Shown piece by piece: positions 15,064 to 24,926 of a stretch of 64,000 nt of DNA. A program made the position numbers and the translations under genes. This stretch comes from a virus. The number at the start of each line of letters is the position of its first letter. Position 1 is the stretch's first letter. The stretch spans positions 1,075 to 65,074 of the IMG/VR virus record IMGVR_UViG_3300020020_000003. The stretch is one strand, 5' to 3'. The notes beneath the pieces are model-generated. The model was not told the origin of the DNA. It worked only from the letters and a program-made list of their open reading frames with translations, and made no database searches.

Positions 15064-16310
15064 ATGCTCCTGCCCCAAAGGCCCAACTAGATCTCCATCT
15101 GGGAGAGAAGTTTGTTCGAAATCTTTGGGCTCCGGCTCGTCACCACGCACTGTTTGGTGGACGAGGTTCTGCGAAGTCTTGGTCCGTCGCCAGCTTCCTT
15201 ACTGTGATCGGCGGTCAACAGACTAAGAAGATAGTGTGCGCCAGGCAATTCCAGAATTCTATCCGTGACTCCTCCAAGGCCTTGATTGAGAAGCGAATTA
15301 CTTCTCTCGGCTTTACAGGCCACTATAAGGTAACGGATCAATATATTACGCATGTCGAGACTGGCTCTGAGTTCTCTTTTGTTGGGCTTGAGCGTAATAT
15401 TGATTCTATTCGTTCTCTCGAAGGTGCTGACATTGTTTGGGTAGAAGAGGCGCGTACGATTCGCGCTAAGTCAATGGAAGTGTTGCTCCCTACGGTACGC
15501 TCCCCAGGCAGTTTCTTTATCTGGACGTGGAATCCCGAGAAGCCTACTGATCCTGTGGATTACTACTTCCGGAACACGAAAGAAGGACCTCCGCCTCGCT
15601 CCCTTGTGACGTTCGTTGATTGTTCGGACAATCCGTATTTTTTCCAGACTGAGCTACCCGAGGAGCGGGAGACACTTAAGAGAGGCAACTTCGAACGCTA
15701 TAAGCATGTCTGGCTCGGCGGATACGATACAGCAGCCGACTCCAAGGTCTTCTCGAACTGTACTACTGGTATCGTTCCTGTCCCGATTGATTGTCCGCCA
15801 CGATATGGGATGGACTTCGGCTTCGGAACAGATCCGTCGTTTATTGTTAAGGTCTACTTGATCGAGGCAATCAAGACAATCTACATCGCAGCGGAGGCTA
15901 GTGGTCGTGTTCCTATGGATCAGCTGCCTACACTTATCCGCTCTGTGGTTGACTCAGACTATGATCTTATCAAGGCAGACAGTTCGCAGCCTGGAACAAT
16001 TGAATTTCTTAATGCTCGTGGATTCCCAAATATCGTTGGTGCCCAGAAAGGCCCAGGTTCCGTTAAGTCCGGCATCAACTTCATGTCGGGTTATAAAATT
16101 GTCATCCATCCGCAATGCGAACAAATGCGCGATGAGGCGCGGCTTTACTCGTTTATGACGGACAAGCTCAGTGGGAAAGTATTACCTGGCCGTATTCCTG
16201 TGGATGCTAATAATCACGGTTGGGATAGTTCTCGTTACGCGCTAGAGGACGTTATCAGCAACCCTGCTAATGATGACGATCCTTTCGGCGGCGTTGTGAA
16301 GCTCTGGTAG
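15060..16310 (+). CDS. terL: terminase large subunit (PBSX family)
   Basis: GGRGSAKS Walker A, WVEEA Walker B, TWNP, YGMDFGF RNase H-like nuclease, DANNHGWDSSRY; real start ATG 15060. Confidence 0.92.
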   Translation: MNAPAPKAQLDLHLGEKFVRNLWAPARHHALFGGRGSAKSWSVASFLTVIGGQQTKKIVCARQFQNSIRDSSKALIEKRITSLGFTGHYKVTDQYITHVETGSEFSFVGLERNIDSIRSLEGADIVWVEEARTIRAKSMEVLLPTVRSPGSFFIWTWNPEKPTDPVDYYFRNTKEGPPPRSLVTFVDCSDNPYFFQTELPEERETLKRGNFERYKHVWLGGYDTAADSKVFSNCTTGIVPVPIDCPPRYGMDFGFGTDPSFIVKVYLIEAIKTIYIAAEASGRVPMDQLPTLIRSVVDSDYDLIKADSSQPGTIEFLNARGFPNIVGAQKGPGSVKSGINFMSGYKIVIHPQCEQMRDEARLYSFMTDKLSGKVLPGRIPVDANNHGWDSSRYALEDVISNPANDDDPFGGVVKLW

Positions 16311-16323
16311 ATAGGAGAGTACT

Positions 16324-16524
16324 TTGGGTTGTGGGTGTGGTAAGTCGTTTTCAAATTCGTATGCCACAGGTCAGCGACATCGGAGCGTGGGCGTGTCTCA
16401 TGTTCCGAATACGCGGTCTGCAGAGACGACCGTGAGTATCAAGAGCAAGTCGCTCCAGGCCCGCACTGCTTCTAGCACCCCGGCTCCAACTCAACAGGTT
16501 TCCTCGGCAAGGCGTAAAGTCTAG
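16324..16524 (+). CDS. small basic protein with MGCGCGK N-terminus
   Basis: AGGAG RBS before TTG; fills terL-portal gap. Confidence 0.45.
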   Translation: MGCGCGKSFSNSYATGQRHRSVGVSHVPNTRSAETTVSIKSKSLQARTASSTPAPTQQVSSARRKV

Positions 16525-16525
16525 C

Positions 16526-17869
16526 ATGTGGCCTTTCAACCACCTAGTTAAGAAGCCGCCGAAGCGGGAGATAGCCGAAGAACCGGTAAGTCCGATCTTC
16601 ACGATTTCGGGACAACCGATCCGCCTTGTGTCTTCTGCGGCGATTATGGGAGCGGAAGAGGCGCAGCGCAGCATCCCGCAGCTATACCGTGTGACGCACC
16701 TTGTTGCCTCTAGTGCCCAAGCTATTCCCTGGTTCTGTGAAGCCGATCCGACTGTTCCGAAGAGCGAGCAGGCTCCGCCCGCAAAGATTAAGGCGATCAA
16801 TAGCCTTCTTAAGTCTCCGAATGATAATTTCACCCCGGAGAATATGCGCTATTGGATGACTTTGAATCTGATGCTCTATTCCCGCGTTCATTTCAAAGTG
16901 GGCATTGGTACAGGTGGGCTTCCGAACGGGATCTATCCTCTTGCTACCAAGTATATGAAAGGGGTTCCTAATTCGCGCGGTACGATTGACACTTATGTCT
17001 ATGGCGAAGGGACGCAGCAAGAACAGCGTTATCCTTCGAAGCGCAAGGCTTCTCCAGGAGAGGCTTATGCTGCTGAGATCAGTTTTCCGAGCCTTTCTGG
17101 TCTAGTCGAATATAATAAGTCTCCAGCGGCTATTGAGTCGTTGATGATTCCTTTGATGATTATTAAGTGTCTGATGCAACGTGCTCTCGACACTGCCGAC
17201 GGTCATCCAAATATTAAGTATGTGGTTACATCGGATAAGACTCTTACAAAACAACAGGTCGAGGCGCTTAAAGAGCATCTTGAATCTGCTGGTCCTGGTG
17301 AAGAACACGGCGGAACTGTTCTTTTCCTCTACAACACGAAGATCGAAGTTCACACGCTTGATAACAAGATGGGTGATATCCATTCCAAGATACCGCTAGA
17401 TGATATGACACGTATCATCGCAGGTGTCTTTGGTGTTCCGATCGCACTGTTAGGTCTGAGCAATGCCGACTCGGCAAAGTATTCGAACAATTATGAACAA
17501 TCCCGTCTGGCGCTATGGCAGGATACTGTGGTCCCCAATTATATTGCTCCGCTTAGTGCGGGTCTCAGTGCTTGTATCTGCCCTTACGGTTCTCGGGTGG
17601 CTTTTGATTATGATGCGATTCCTGCTCTGTGGGAGGGACGAGCCAAACTCGGACAGACCCTCAGCCATGTTAACTTCCTTACCACCGACGAGAAGAGAGA
17701 GATCCTCGGATTCGAGCCGGATCCGGATCTCCCGAAACTGATTGGTTCGACTACGTCTACGCCGATCCCGACTGATGGCGATACCGAACCTGAGGATGGC
17801 GAAGACAAACCTAAAGACGAATCAGTTGACAAAGACAAAGCAACTCCCCCGCTCAAGCTCGTAAACTGA
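16526..17869 (+). CDS. portal protein (HK97-like)
   Basis: LLKSPN..TP, IAGVFGVPIALLG, FLTTDEKREILGFEP motifs; position. Confidence 0.9.
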   Translation: MWPFNHLVKKPPKREIAEEPVSPIFTISGQPIRLVSSAAIMGAEEAQRSIPQLYRVTHLVASSAQAIPWFCEADPTVPKSEQAPPAKIKAINSLLKSPNDNFTPENMRYWMTLNLMLYSRVHFKVGIGTGGLPNGIYPLATKYMKGVPNSRGTIDTYVYGEGTQQEQRYPSKRKASPGEAYAAEISFPSLSGLVEYNKSPAAIESLMIPLMIIKCLMQRALDTADGHPNIKYVVTSDKTLTKQQVEALKEHLESAGPGEEHGGTVLFLYNTKIEVHTLDNKMGDIHSKIPLDDMTRIIAGVFGVPIALLGLSNADSAKYSNNYEQSRLALWQDTVVPNYIAPLSAGLSACICPYGSRVAFDYDAIPALWEGRAKLGQTLSHVNFLTTDEKREILGFEPDPDLPKLIGSTTSTPIPTDGDTEPEDGEDKPKDESVDKDKATPPLKLVN

Positions 17870-17880
17870 GAGACAGAGCT

Positions 17881-18660
17881 ATGGCCCAGAAATTTAAGTC
17901 CGGTGACCTGATCACCAAGGCTAATGAGAAGTACAGGTCTGGTGATCAGATCAATCTCGATCTTTCGATGGAACTCGCGAAGACCAAGCTGGAGAATCAA
18001 CCTGAGGGATTCTTCGCTGGCATTGCGAGTACTCCATCCGTTGACCTTTATGGTCACAAGGTTCTCAAGGGAGCCTTTGACAAGTCCATCAGGCAGAAGG
18101 GTCTGACGGGTCCTCGTGGTGTGAAGCTTCTGGCTCATCACGATTGGAGCAAACCTGCTGGTGTAATTTCGAAGCTCAAGACCGTGGGCGACAATCTCGA
18201 GATCGAAGGTCAACTGAATTTGAATGTCAGTTATGTTAAAGACGTTCATGAGGTTGCTCTTCAGAATGGTGGTCTCAATTTCAGCGTTGGCTTCACGCTG
18301 GACCAGTTCGAATACGTGGACGAAGAGAAGTCTGAAGACGGAGAATACCTTCTCATCAAGTCCGGTGACCTGCTGGAAGTCTCCGTTGTGGTTTTCCCTG
18401 CCCAGCTCGAGGCAGAGATGACCTTTATCAAGAATCACGATACGATGTCACAGCTCGAGAAGGCTCTTGTAGCCAATGGGCTGTGCCGAGGCAGACGCGA
18501 TGCGCACAAGTTGGCGAACTACTTGAAAGCGAATTCGCATCTGTTCCTAGACAGGCAACAACCTTCGGTTGAACAGCCTGGTGACGAGCATCCCCTGCTG
18601 GATGTACAATTGCTGCAACCAGTTCGCGATCAACTCGCCCGCATCAAATCGATGCTCTAG
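17881..18660 (+). CDS. HK97-family prohead protease
   Basis: FAGIAS...D...HKVLKGAF, LLAHHD, FSVGF, LLEVSVV.FPA. Confidence 0.85.
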   Translation: MAQKFKSGDLITKANEKYRSGDQINLDLSMELAKTKLENQPEGFFAGIASTPSVDLYGHKVLKGAFDKSIRQKGLTGPRGVKLLAHHDWSKPAGVISKLKTVGDNLEIEGQLNLNVSYVKDVHEVALQNGGLNFSVGFTLDQFEYVDEEKSEDGEYLLIKSGDLLEVSVVVFPAQLEAEMTFIKNHDTMSQLEKALVANGLCRGRRDAHKLANYLKANSHLFLDRQQPSVEQPGDEHPLLDVQLLQPVRDQLARIKSML

Positions 18661-18673
18661 AAGGAGACATCAA

Positions 18674-20113
18674 ATGAAGACCAAATTTATGGCAAGTCCC
18701 GCCATTGTGACGCGGGGCATGTATCTGAAGAAGGAAGCCCCGGTCGACAAGAAAGCGGCTGAGGAGGCTCTTGCTCTTTTGAGCAAGGAACTCGGCGACA
18801 TCACTGGTCTGTTGACCAAAAATCGGACCGAAACCGAGCAGCAGTACAAGGACCTGACGAACCATTTTGGTACCGTCAAAGCCGACAGCGATGAACTGAA
18901 GAAGACGGTTCTGAAGCACGCCGAAGAATACGCCGCCCTTGTGGCGCAGCAGCAGGCCCTCACGCAGGCTCTCGACCAGGTGAAGAAGGAGCTCGATGCT
19001 CCGATCATCAAGGGCGGAAGCGATCTCGTCGAGTCCGACAAGAAGGCTGGCGTCGAGTGTCAGAAGCGCGCCCATATTTTCAAGGGCGGCTCGGAAGACG
19101 ACTTCAAGCCCGATATGAACAACCTGATCGACGCGAGCGCCTATCGTTCCGCCGTTCGGAAGATGATGCAGGTCGGCATCGAGTCGAAGCAGAAGGTCGT
19201 TCGTTCACTGACGGAGATCGAACGCAAGGCATTCGAAGCCTCGTCTCTCGACAGTGCGTTCTTCTCGCCCGAGCTGCTCGGGATCGAGGTGAACTGTATC
19301 ATCGAGTGCGCCGAACTGCTGGATCTCTACGGCAGTGTGACGGTCAGCAAGTCGCAGTTCATGTACCCGCAGGTTATGGACTACGGTCAGATCGGCAAGT
19401 ACGATTGCGATGCGAAGTGCGACGCCGAATACGGGCCAGAAGGCAATATCCAGTTCAAGTCGGGCGCGGTGTCCGACTTCCGCGGCGTGTTCTGCTTCCA
19501 GCGCAAGGTGCTCCAGGAGGCCAACTATCCGCTTCTGGACTTCATGTTCCGCGCGGCGGCTCGTTCCTATCGCATCAATCGCAACCGCGCTTTGATGGTC
19601 GGCGATGGCATCAACGAGCCGCTCGGCTGGTTGAATGCCCAGTGCTTCACCAAGATGTCGACATCGGTCCCGGCGGCTTTCAATCACATTGACTTCCGCT
19701 TATTCTACGCCAGCTCGCCCGTCGAGTACGGACCCGTCACCGCTGTGATGCACCAGAACATGTTTGCGTATCTGGCAGCGCAGGTTGACAGCAACGGACG
19801 CTTTATCTTCGGTGACGGTCTGATGACCTACTCTCCGAACGATGTGCGCGAGAACATCCGCATTTCCAACTGTCTGCCGGATCCGACCGCAGGCCTGACC
19901 AAGGGTTCTGCTGCCAATCCGTTTACCGCTGGCGACTTCCTTGTCGCTGCCGGCAGCTGGTCTCAGGCTTACTACATGGTGAACAAGCGTTCGCTGTGGA
20001 TGGAGCAGTGGGAAGGTCAGTCCACCGCGTGGTGCGTCAAATACGTCTTCGGTGCCGAAGACGGCGGCTTTACTGCCTGCTGCCCCGCCGCCCGGATCCT
20101 CACCGTCGGGTGA
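18674..20113 (+). CDS. major capsid protein (HK97 fold, Cys-rich)
   Basis: AAGGAG RBS, N-terminal coiled-coil delta domain, MVGDGINEPLGWL, strong codon bias. Confidence 0.9.
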   Translation: MKTKFMASPAIVTRGMYLKKEAPVDKKAAEEALALLSKELGDITGLLTKNRTETEQQYKDLTNHFGTVKADSDELKKTVLKHAEEYAALVAQQQALTQALDQVKKELDAPIIKGGSDLVESDKKAGVECQKRAHIFKGGSEDDFKPDMNNLIDASAYRSAVRKMMQVGIESKQKVVRSLTEIERKAFEASSLDSAFFSPELLGIEVNCIIECAELLDLYGSVTVSKSQFMYPQVMDYGQIGKYDCDAKCDAEYGPEGNIQFKSGAVSDFRGVFCFQRKVLQEANYPLLDFMFRAAARSYRINRNRALMVGDGINEPLGWLNAQCFTKMSTSVPAAFNHIDFRLFYASSPVEYGPVTAVMHQNMFAYLAAQVDSNGRFIFGDGLMTYSPNDVRENIRISNCLPDPTAGLTKGSAANPFTAGDFLVAAGSWSQAYYMVNKRSLWMEQWEGQSTAWCVKYVFGAEDGGFTACCPAARILTVG

Positions 20114-20172
20114 TCCCAACTTACCGTTGAGTGTCATCCACACCATTGGGTGACATCAACCAGGAGGTTACG

Positions 20173-20379
20173 ATGGCTAAAGAAGCTAAGGTCAGTGAGG
20201 GGCAGGTCACGGAATTGAAACGTGAGGTTCCTCCGGTCCGCTGGAATCAGACCGTAAACGCCGGTTGGCACATCTCGAATGAGACGTTTCGACGGGTGGC
20301 TCATACGGGAGAGTTCTCACCCAAGAAGACAGCGGAGCCGAAGGCTGCTTCGCCGAAGGCTGCTGCTCCGTCCGCCTAA
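20173..20379 (+). CDS. small virion-associated hypothetical protein
   Basis: AGGAGG RBS; immediately after MCP. Confidence 0.55.
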   Translation: MAKEAKVSEGQVTELKREVPPVRWNQTVNAGWHISNETFRRVAHTGEFSPKKTAEPKAASPKAAAPSA

Positions 20380-20403
20380 TCAAGTCAACTCGCAGAGGTT
20401 CTC

Positions 20404-20796
20404 ATGAATATCAATGTGGCGAGCCAGAACAACGGCATCGTTGCCTGGACTGGAACGGCGGGTCGTCCGATCGACATCCGTCAACATATCAACTTCGCTT
20501 TTACCTTCGAGACAACGGCGGATCTTGCTGCCGACGCTGTCTTCAAGGCTCAGTCGGCTCCTGCCAGTGATGCGGATCCTTGCGTCCCCGGTGCATTCAC
20601 CGACGTGCCGGAGACGCTTACCTGCATGCAATTCGGTCCGCCGGATCCAACCACCGGATTCGTTATCCCGTCCGGAACCAAGAAGGGAACCATCTGTACG
20701 GCTACCCTTCCGTGCCGGCCGGATGCCTTCGTTCAACTGGTTGGCACCGGAGCAGCGACAGTTCTTGCTGTGGCTGTTCTCGGAGGTCCCCGCTAA
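20404..20796 (+). CDS. capsid decoration/minor capsid protein, paralog A
   Basis: GAGG RBS; aligns end to end with 20806-21222 (IDIRQH, GTK.GT.CTAT.PCRPDAFV, AVL.GPR). Confidence 0.6.
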   Translation: MNINVASQNNGIVAWTGTAGRPIDIRQHINFAFTFETTADLAADAVFKAQSAPASDADPCVPGAFTDVPETLTCMQFGPPDPTTGFVIPSGTKKGTICTATLPCRPDAFVQLVGTGAATVLAVAVLGGPR

Positions 20797-20805
20797 GGAG
20801 CTGCC

Positions 20806-21222
20806 ATGAACTTGAATATCGCTTCTCAGCATCAAGGGCTTATCGCCTGGTCCGCTCTTGCTGGACCAGTCAACCCTGGAATTGATATCAGACAGCATAA
20901 CGGGTTCTCGTTTACCTTCAATGTTGATTCTGATATCACTGCCGATGCTGTGTTTGAGGTCAGGTCAGCACCTCCTCTCCCTACAGACAACTGCATGGGA
21001 GACGTTGCCAACGCTTCTGACATTCCGGAAGTTATGATGTGCGCGATGCCAGGACAGATAGCTGCTCCGAAGTCGCAGATTATCATTCCTACCGGAACTA
21101 AGGCGGGTACGGTCTGCACGGCTACCATTCCCTGCAGACCAGACGCCTTTGTTAAGGTATTTGCGGTCAGTGGAGATACTGGTCGTATCACCGTTATTGC
21201 TGTTCTCTCCGGTCCCCGGTGA
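20806..21222 (+). CDS. capsid decoration/minor capsid protein, paralog B
   Basis: AAGGAG RBS; paralog of the preceding gene. Confidence 0.6.
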   Translation: MNLNIASQHQGLIAWSALAGPVNPGIDIRQHNGFSFTFNVDSDITADAVFEVRSAPPLPTDNCMGDVANASDIPEVMMCAMPGQIAAPKSQIIIPTGTKAGTVCTATIPCRPDAFVKVFAVSGDTGRITVIAVLSGPR

Positions 21223-21620
21223 GACGAACTGCTACCAAAGCGGTGAAGGTGCAGCCGGGCGATCAGATAGTCGTCCGAGCTGCTCTTCCTCCCGATACGG
21301 GTCTCGCACGTCTGTACGTCTGGGCAAGAGAATTCGGGTGCGGTCAGTTTTCTCCTTACGTTCTTGATACCAATGCTGTTGCTCTTAATGGCCGGCCTAC
21401 GATGCTTCCGACGTTAAGCATGAGATTGGTTTCGCAACGTCCTGAGCATACGATTAGTTTCATGTCTGATATAAAAGGTCAGATTGTTATTGTTCAAGAA
21501 GTTGATACTTTAGATGATAAGCTTGCTGAAGTGAAGCTCGACCTCTATATGGCTACCAGGTCTAGACTAAATCGATTCAAACGGAGACTGACCGAATGGC
21601 CGAAGACAGTGACACTCTGA
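21219..21620 (+). CDS. hypothetical head-region protein
   Basis: coupled ORF in structural operon. Confidence 0.55.
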   Translation: MRRTATKAVKVQPGDQIVVRAALPPDTGLARLYVWAREFGCGQFSPYVLDTNAVALNGRPTMLPTLSMRLVSQRPEHTISFMSDIKGQIVIVQEVDTLDDKLAEVKLDLYMATRSRLNRFKRRLTEWPKTVTL

Positions 21621-21964
21621 CAGTTCGTATGCTCCGCGTTAGCGGAAAGAACAAAGAGACTCAATGGTTCGAGTATCGACCCTCGTTTCGCGTTGACATT
21701 GTACGGATCGAATGGGAACTCGACACAATGGTTGTTGAGCTTGATACTGCTATTGCTGACTACTTGCTGCGCGCGGGTTATGCTGCACCCCTTCCCCAGG
21801 GTTCGGCCCCTCCTTCAGTACCCGCAGAGCCAATATCTCAGGCAGCGCCCCAGGCAGCGCCTGTTTCTCCTCCTTGGAAACCAACAATCGAAGAGCCCGG
21901 CACTGAAACAGCGGAGACACCACCGCCCGCACCGTCGTGGCTCAAATCTGCCGGTGGCTCATAG
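21596..21964 (+). CDS. hypothetical head-region protein with P/A-rich tail
   Basis: GGAG RBS; coupled ORF. Confidence 0.5.
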   Translation: MAEDSDTLTVRMLRVSGKNKETQWFEYRPSFRVDIVRIEWELDTMVVELDTAIADYLLRAGYAAPLPQGSAPPSVPAEPISQAAPQAAPVSPPWKPTIEEPGTETAETPPPAPSWLKSAGGS

Positions 21965-21975
21965 AGGAGGAATCA

Positions 21976-22074
21976 ATGATTCCGGTTACTTGTCGTCCGG
22001 GTTGCGGCCCCGGGACTTCGACTGCTCTTGCCGCACCGCCCTGTTTCACCTGCGTTGCGCCCGTCGTACCGTAG
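21976..22074 (+). CDS. 32-aa Cys-rich capsid linking-peptide candidate (not in ORF track)
   Basis: GAGGAGG RBS; MIPVTCRPGCGPGTSTALAAPPCFTCVAPVVP, CRPxC...PPCFxC pattern. Confidence 0.6.
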   Translation: MIPVTCRPGCGPGTSTALAAPPCFTCVAPVVP

Positions 22075-22083
22075 GTGAGATGA

Positions 22084-22125
22084 CCCCTCTCTACTCCCGC
22101 CCCCCAAAGTATGAGTAGGGAGGGG
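22084..22125 (+). promoter_or_regulatory. intergenic hairpin (attenuator or mRNA-stability element)
   Basis: CCCCTCTCTACTC/GAGTAGGGAGGGG; weak U-tract. Confidence 0.4.
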
Positions 22126-22151
22126 ACCCTTCTACTTTAGAGGTGAATCCC

Positions 22152-22844
22152 ATGCTCCAGTTCAATGTAGACGACGCTATTCGTGATTCGTGTCAGGTCT
22201 GCTGCTGTGAGCAGGTCGCTCTGAGACCCGGAACAACGTCACGGCTTACGATCAATTATGCCCCGTGGGCAGTTCCCATCGGTCGGTTACATTGTGAACC
22301 TCAGTTCGCTCTGGAACAGATGGCCGCGTGCGGTATTATTTCCGGCGCGCCTGTAAAGGTCGACGGAGCCAATGTGGCGTTCGATGTTCCATCGCCGCCA
22401 CTGAATGAAGATTTCAATACCAAGATTGTGGATCCAGACGGAGGTACGTTGACTTTTAAGTCCGTCCCGTTCTATGGACCAAAACATGGTGTCGTTTCTA
22501 TCAATACGGATGGAACGTTCACCTACACTCCCCAAGGTGGATACAACGGTCCAGATCGTTTCTATATCACAGCTACTGACGAAACCGATAAGACTTCAAC
22601 TTTCGAAGTTCTGATCGGTGTCGGAAGTTACGATTCTGAGGATATGGTAGAAACACCACATGTCAGCGTCGAGAGTTGGACTGTTAACTACCAACATTAT
22701 TTTGTCAACGTCGCAATCAAGGTTGCGCCGAATGCCGATCAATGCGAAGTGTGGCGTCTCACTTCGAAGATGAACGCGATCGATTGTGACTGTGTCTGTT
22801 ATGACAAGATCGATTGCTTCGATATTCGAATGAGTAAGTGCTGA
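22152..22844 (+). CDS. collar/neck-sheath protein with Ig/cadherin-like domain (Cys-rich)
   Basis: CQVCCCE N-terminus, GTFTYTP..GYNGPDRF Ig-like motif, CDCVC...C C-terminus. Confidence 0.65.
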   Translation: MLQFNVDDAIRDSCQVCCCEQVALRPGTTSRLTINYAPWAVPIGRLHCEPQFALEQMAACGIISGAPVKVDGANVAFDVPSPPLNEDFNTKIVDPDGGTLTFKSVPFYGPKHGVVSINTDGTFTYTPQGGYNGPDRFYITATDETDKTSTFEVLIGVGSYDSEDMVETPHVSVESWTVNYQHYFVNVAIKVAPNADQCEVWRLTSKMNAIDCDCVCYDKIDCFDIRMSKC

Positions 22845-23539
22845 TGTTGAGCAGTCCTGCCTATACTCTTACCCCAACTCCGGATCGTATTGATCCCATC
22901 AAAGAGGGTGAGGAGACTGGCGTCGATTGGGACCAGTATCTGAGTATGGATATTATTCGTCAACATACTAAGACAGATGATGTCCCAGGTGTGACTGATG
23001 AACAACTACGTCTTTATCGCAGGGCGGCTGTTGAGGCTGCAGAATTCTATACTGGTCTTACTCTTAACAAACAGAAGATACTCAGTGAGATTATTCCTAT
23101 GCCGAAGCGTCGGCCTGGGCATGAATATTATATCGTTAAACTCAAGTATGCGTCGAGTGATGGAATAGTCTACGTCTATGGAGATAATCGTAATCCCGAG
23201 ACTATTCACATTACTCCGAATACTCGTAAAGTGAGGATGCAATCACGTTTCTTCTATAACCCAGATATGAGCAATTGCTGCGACCCGTGCGCGGTGGCGA
23301 CAAATGGACTCCGAATCATGTACCGAGCTGGATTCTCCTGTGCCGCCCAGGTTCCTGCTGGAGTTCTACTTGGTATTCTTCAGTTCATTGCCTGGGTTGT
23401 TGAGCATCCTGGTGATGAAGTTCTTAGCATGCGCAACACTCTTTCTGCCCGTGGCGGAGCGATCATCGGTACCAACAACATTGCTCTAGTTAGCGGTGCG
23501 TTGGAATCTTGGCGTCAATTCGATCCCGAGGCATTCTAA
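22844..23539 (+). CDS. head-tail connector (adaptor, neck 1)
   Basis: IRQHTK.DD...D..L..Y..AA.E.AE.YTG, Y.AGF...VP..V..GILQ motifs. Confidence 0.7.
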   Translation: MLSSPAYTLTPTPDRIDPIKEGEETGVDWDQYLSMDIIRQHTKTDDVPGVTDEQLRLYRRAAVEAAEFYTGLTLNKQKILSEIIPMPKRRPGHEYYIVKLKYASSDGIVYVYGDNRNPETIHITPNTRKVRMQSRFFYNPDMSNCCDPCAVATNGLRIMYRAGFSCAAQVPAGVLLGILQFIAWVVEHPGDEVLSMRNTLSARGGAIIGTNNIALVSGALESWRQFDPEAF

Positions 23540-23962
23540 ATGGCTAGGGTCAAGATCAGCGAATTTAAGCATCGTGTTGCAATCTGCACGATGAAGGATG
23601 TTGTTGTGTCTTCGGATCGAATGGATCTGCGCCGCGAAGCTGTGGTGTGGACTAGAGCGAAGATCGAGCATCAGCAACATCTGCCTTCGTTTGTGTCAGA
23701 GATGGGTTATGCAATCAAGGAGTTAGCAACAAGAGGAACGCATCGAATTCGAGTTCGATCTGCTCTAGGCATCGATTACAGTTCAGCGGCTTGGATCTAT
23801 GAGGAATTCTTTAAGAGTCCTCCTCGTTGGTATAAGGTATTAGGTTTTGTTGATGAACCACGAGGAACGATAATGCTCGAATGCCATCTAATAGAGAGCA
23901 GCGAGCTTGCTAAACCGACAGAGAGTGACCTCAATCCTGAACGTATGCAGGTAACTCTATGA
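23540..23962 (+). CDS. head closure (neck 2) protein
   Basis: position; THRIRVR and W.Y....W YKV motifs. Confidence 0.7.
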   Translation: MARVKISEFKHRVAICTMKDVVVSSDRMDLRREAVVWTRAKIEHQQHLPSFVSEMGYAIKELATRGTHRIRVRSALGIDYSSAAWIYEEFFKSPPRWYKVLGFVDEPRGTIMLECHLIESSELAKPTESDLNPERMQVTL

Positions 23963-24321
23963 TCGAGATTAGTTTCAAAGCATGGGCGCCCTTCGAAGCT
24001 AAGTATGACAAGCGGGCCTTTAAACGATGGCTTGACGCGGTAGCTAGAGAGTCTGAAAAGGCTTTCAAAAAGATGGGAAGTTATCCTCCCGCGTCGAGGC
24101 CTGGTCAGTATCCTGCTGTCCGAACAGGTGCGTTGCGAGCATCTATTAGAACAAGGGTGACAAACGATAGCGTAGAAATCAGCAGCAATCGACCATATTC
24201 AGGATATCTGCGCCACGGTACGCGCAAAATGCAGCGTCGTAAGATGTCGGATAATGCTCTGCAGGAGGGTATCGAAGCTGCTAAGAGACGTTCATCTAAA
24301 TGGGTTGGATGGTCTCGCTAA
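23959..24321 (+). CDS. HK97 gp10-like tail completion protein
   Basis: PAVRTGALRASI, Y..YLRHGTRKM..R motifs. Confidence 0.6.
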   Translation: MIEISFKAWAPFEAKYDKRAFKRWLDAVARESEKAFKKMGSYPPASRPGQYPAVRTGALRASIRTRVTNDSVEISSNRPYSGYLRHGTRKMQRRKMSDNALQEGIEAAKRRSSKWVGWSR

Positions 24322-24917
24322 TGGATGCTATTACGCCTAGAGATGCGCTTCCTAAGGTTGAGACTCGTCTCTTGCCTGCTCTTGCAATGGCAATCGCGGA
24401 ATGGTTTCCTGAGCTTGGTGGCCGCGCAATGGCGGTTTCTGAAAGCACAGTAACGAAGGAGAATATTCCAACTCTTCCTTTAGTCGTAACTGCTTTTGTT
24501 CGTAGTGTTGGTGATCAGAGTGATAAATCAAGACAGAGTCAATTTGAGATTGTCGATCATTTTATAGTTGAATTTTGGTTACCTCCTGAGAAATATAAAC
24601 GTGCTAATGGAACTGAGGCGCCTTTCTGGAGTTATTACAATTACGAAGCGATTCGTGATAAACTTCTAACACATATGGCGACTTGGCAGGCGCCACGAAG
24701 TGCTCGGATTGCTTATCGAACCTTAAATACAGAAGCAGACCATCTAGCTGTGACATTGACATTCAATTTCATAGCTTCTATCAATTGGAAGGCTTGTGTA
24801 AATTCTCCACCAGACTGGATAATAGACGGTATCCAGTTTAATCTCTGTGCTCCAGCTTCTGAATGCTGTGTGCCAGAATGTTTCGATCCCGTCCCGTGTG
24901 AAGATCCCTGTCCATAG
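24321..24917 (+). CDS. tail terminator protein with Cys-rich C-terminus
   Basis: position before sheath; ends CAPASECCVPECFDPVPCEDPCP. Confidence 0.65.
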   Translation: MDAITPRDALPKVETRLLPALAMAIAEWFPELGGRAMAVSESTVTKENIPTLPLVVTAFVRSVGDQSDKSRQSQFEIVDHFIVEFWLPPEKYKRANGTEAPFWSYYNYEAIRDKLLTHMATWQAPRSARIAYRTLNTEADHLAVTLTFNFIASINWKACVNSPPDWIIDGIQFNLCAPASECCVPECFDPVPCEDPCP

Positions 24918-24926
24918 GAGAGCCCG

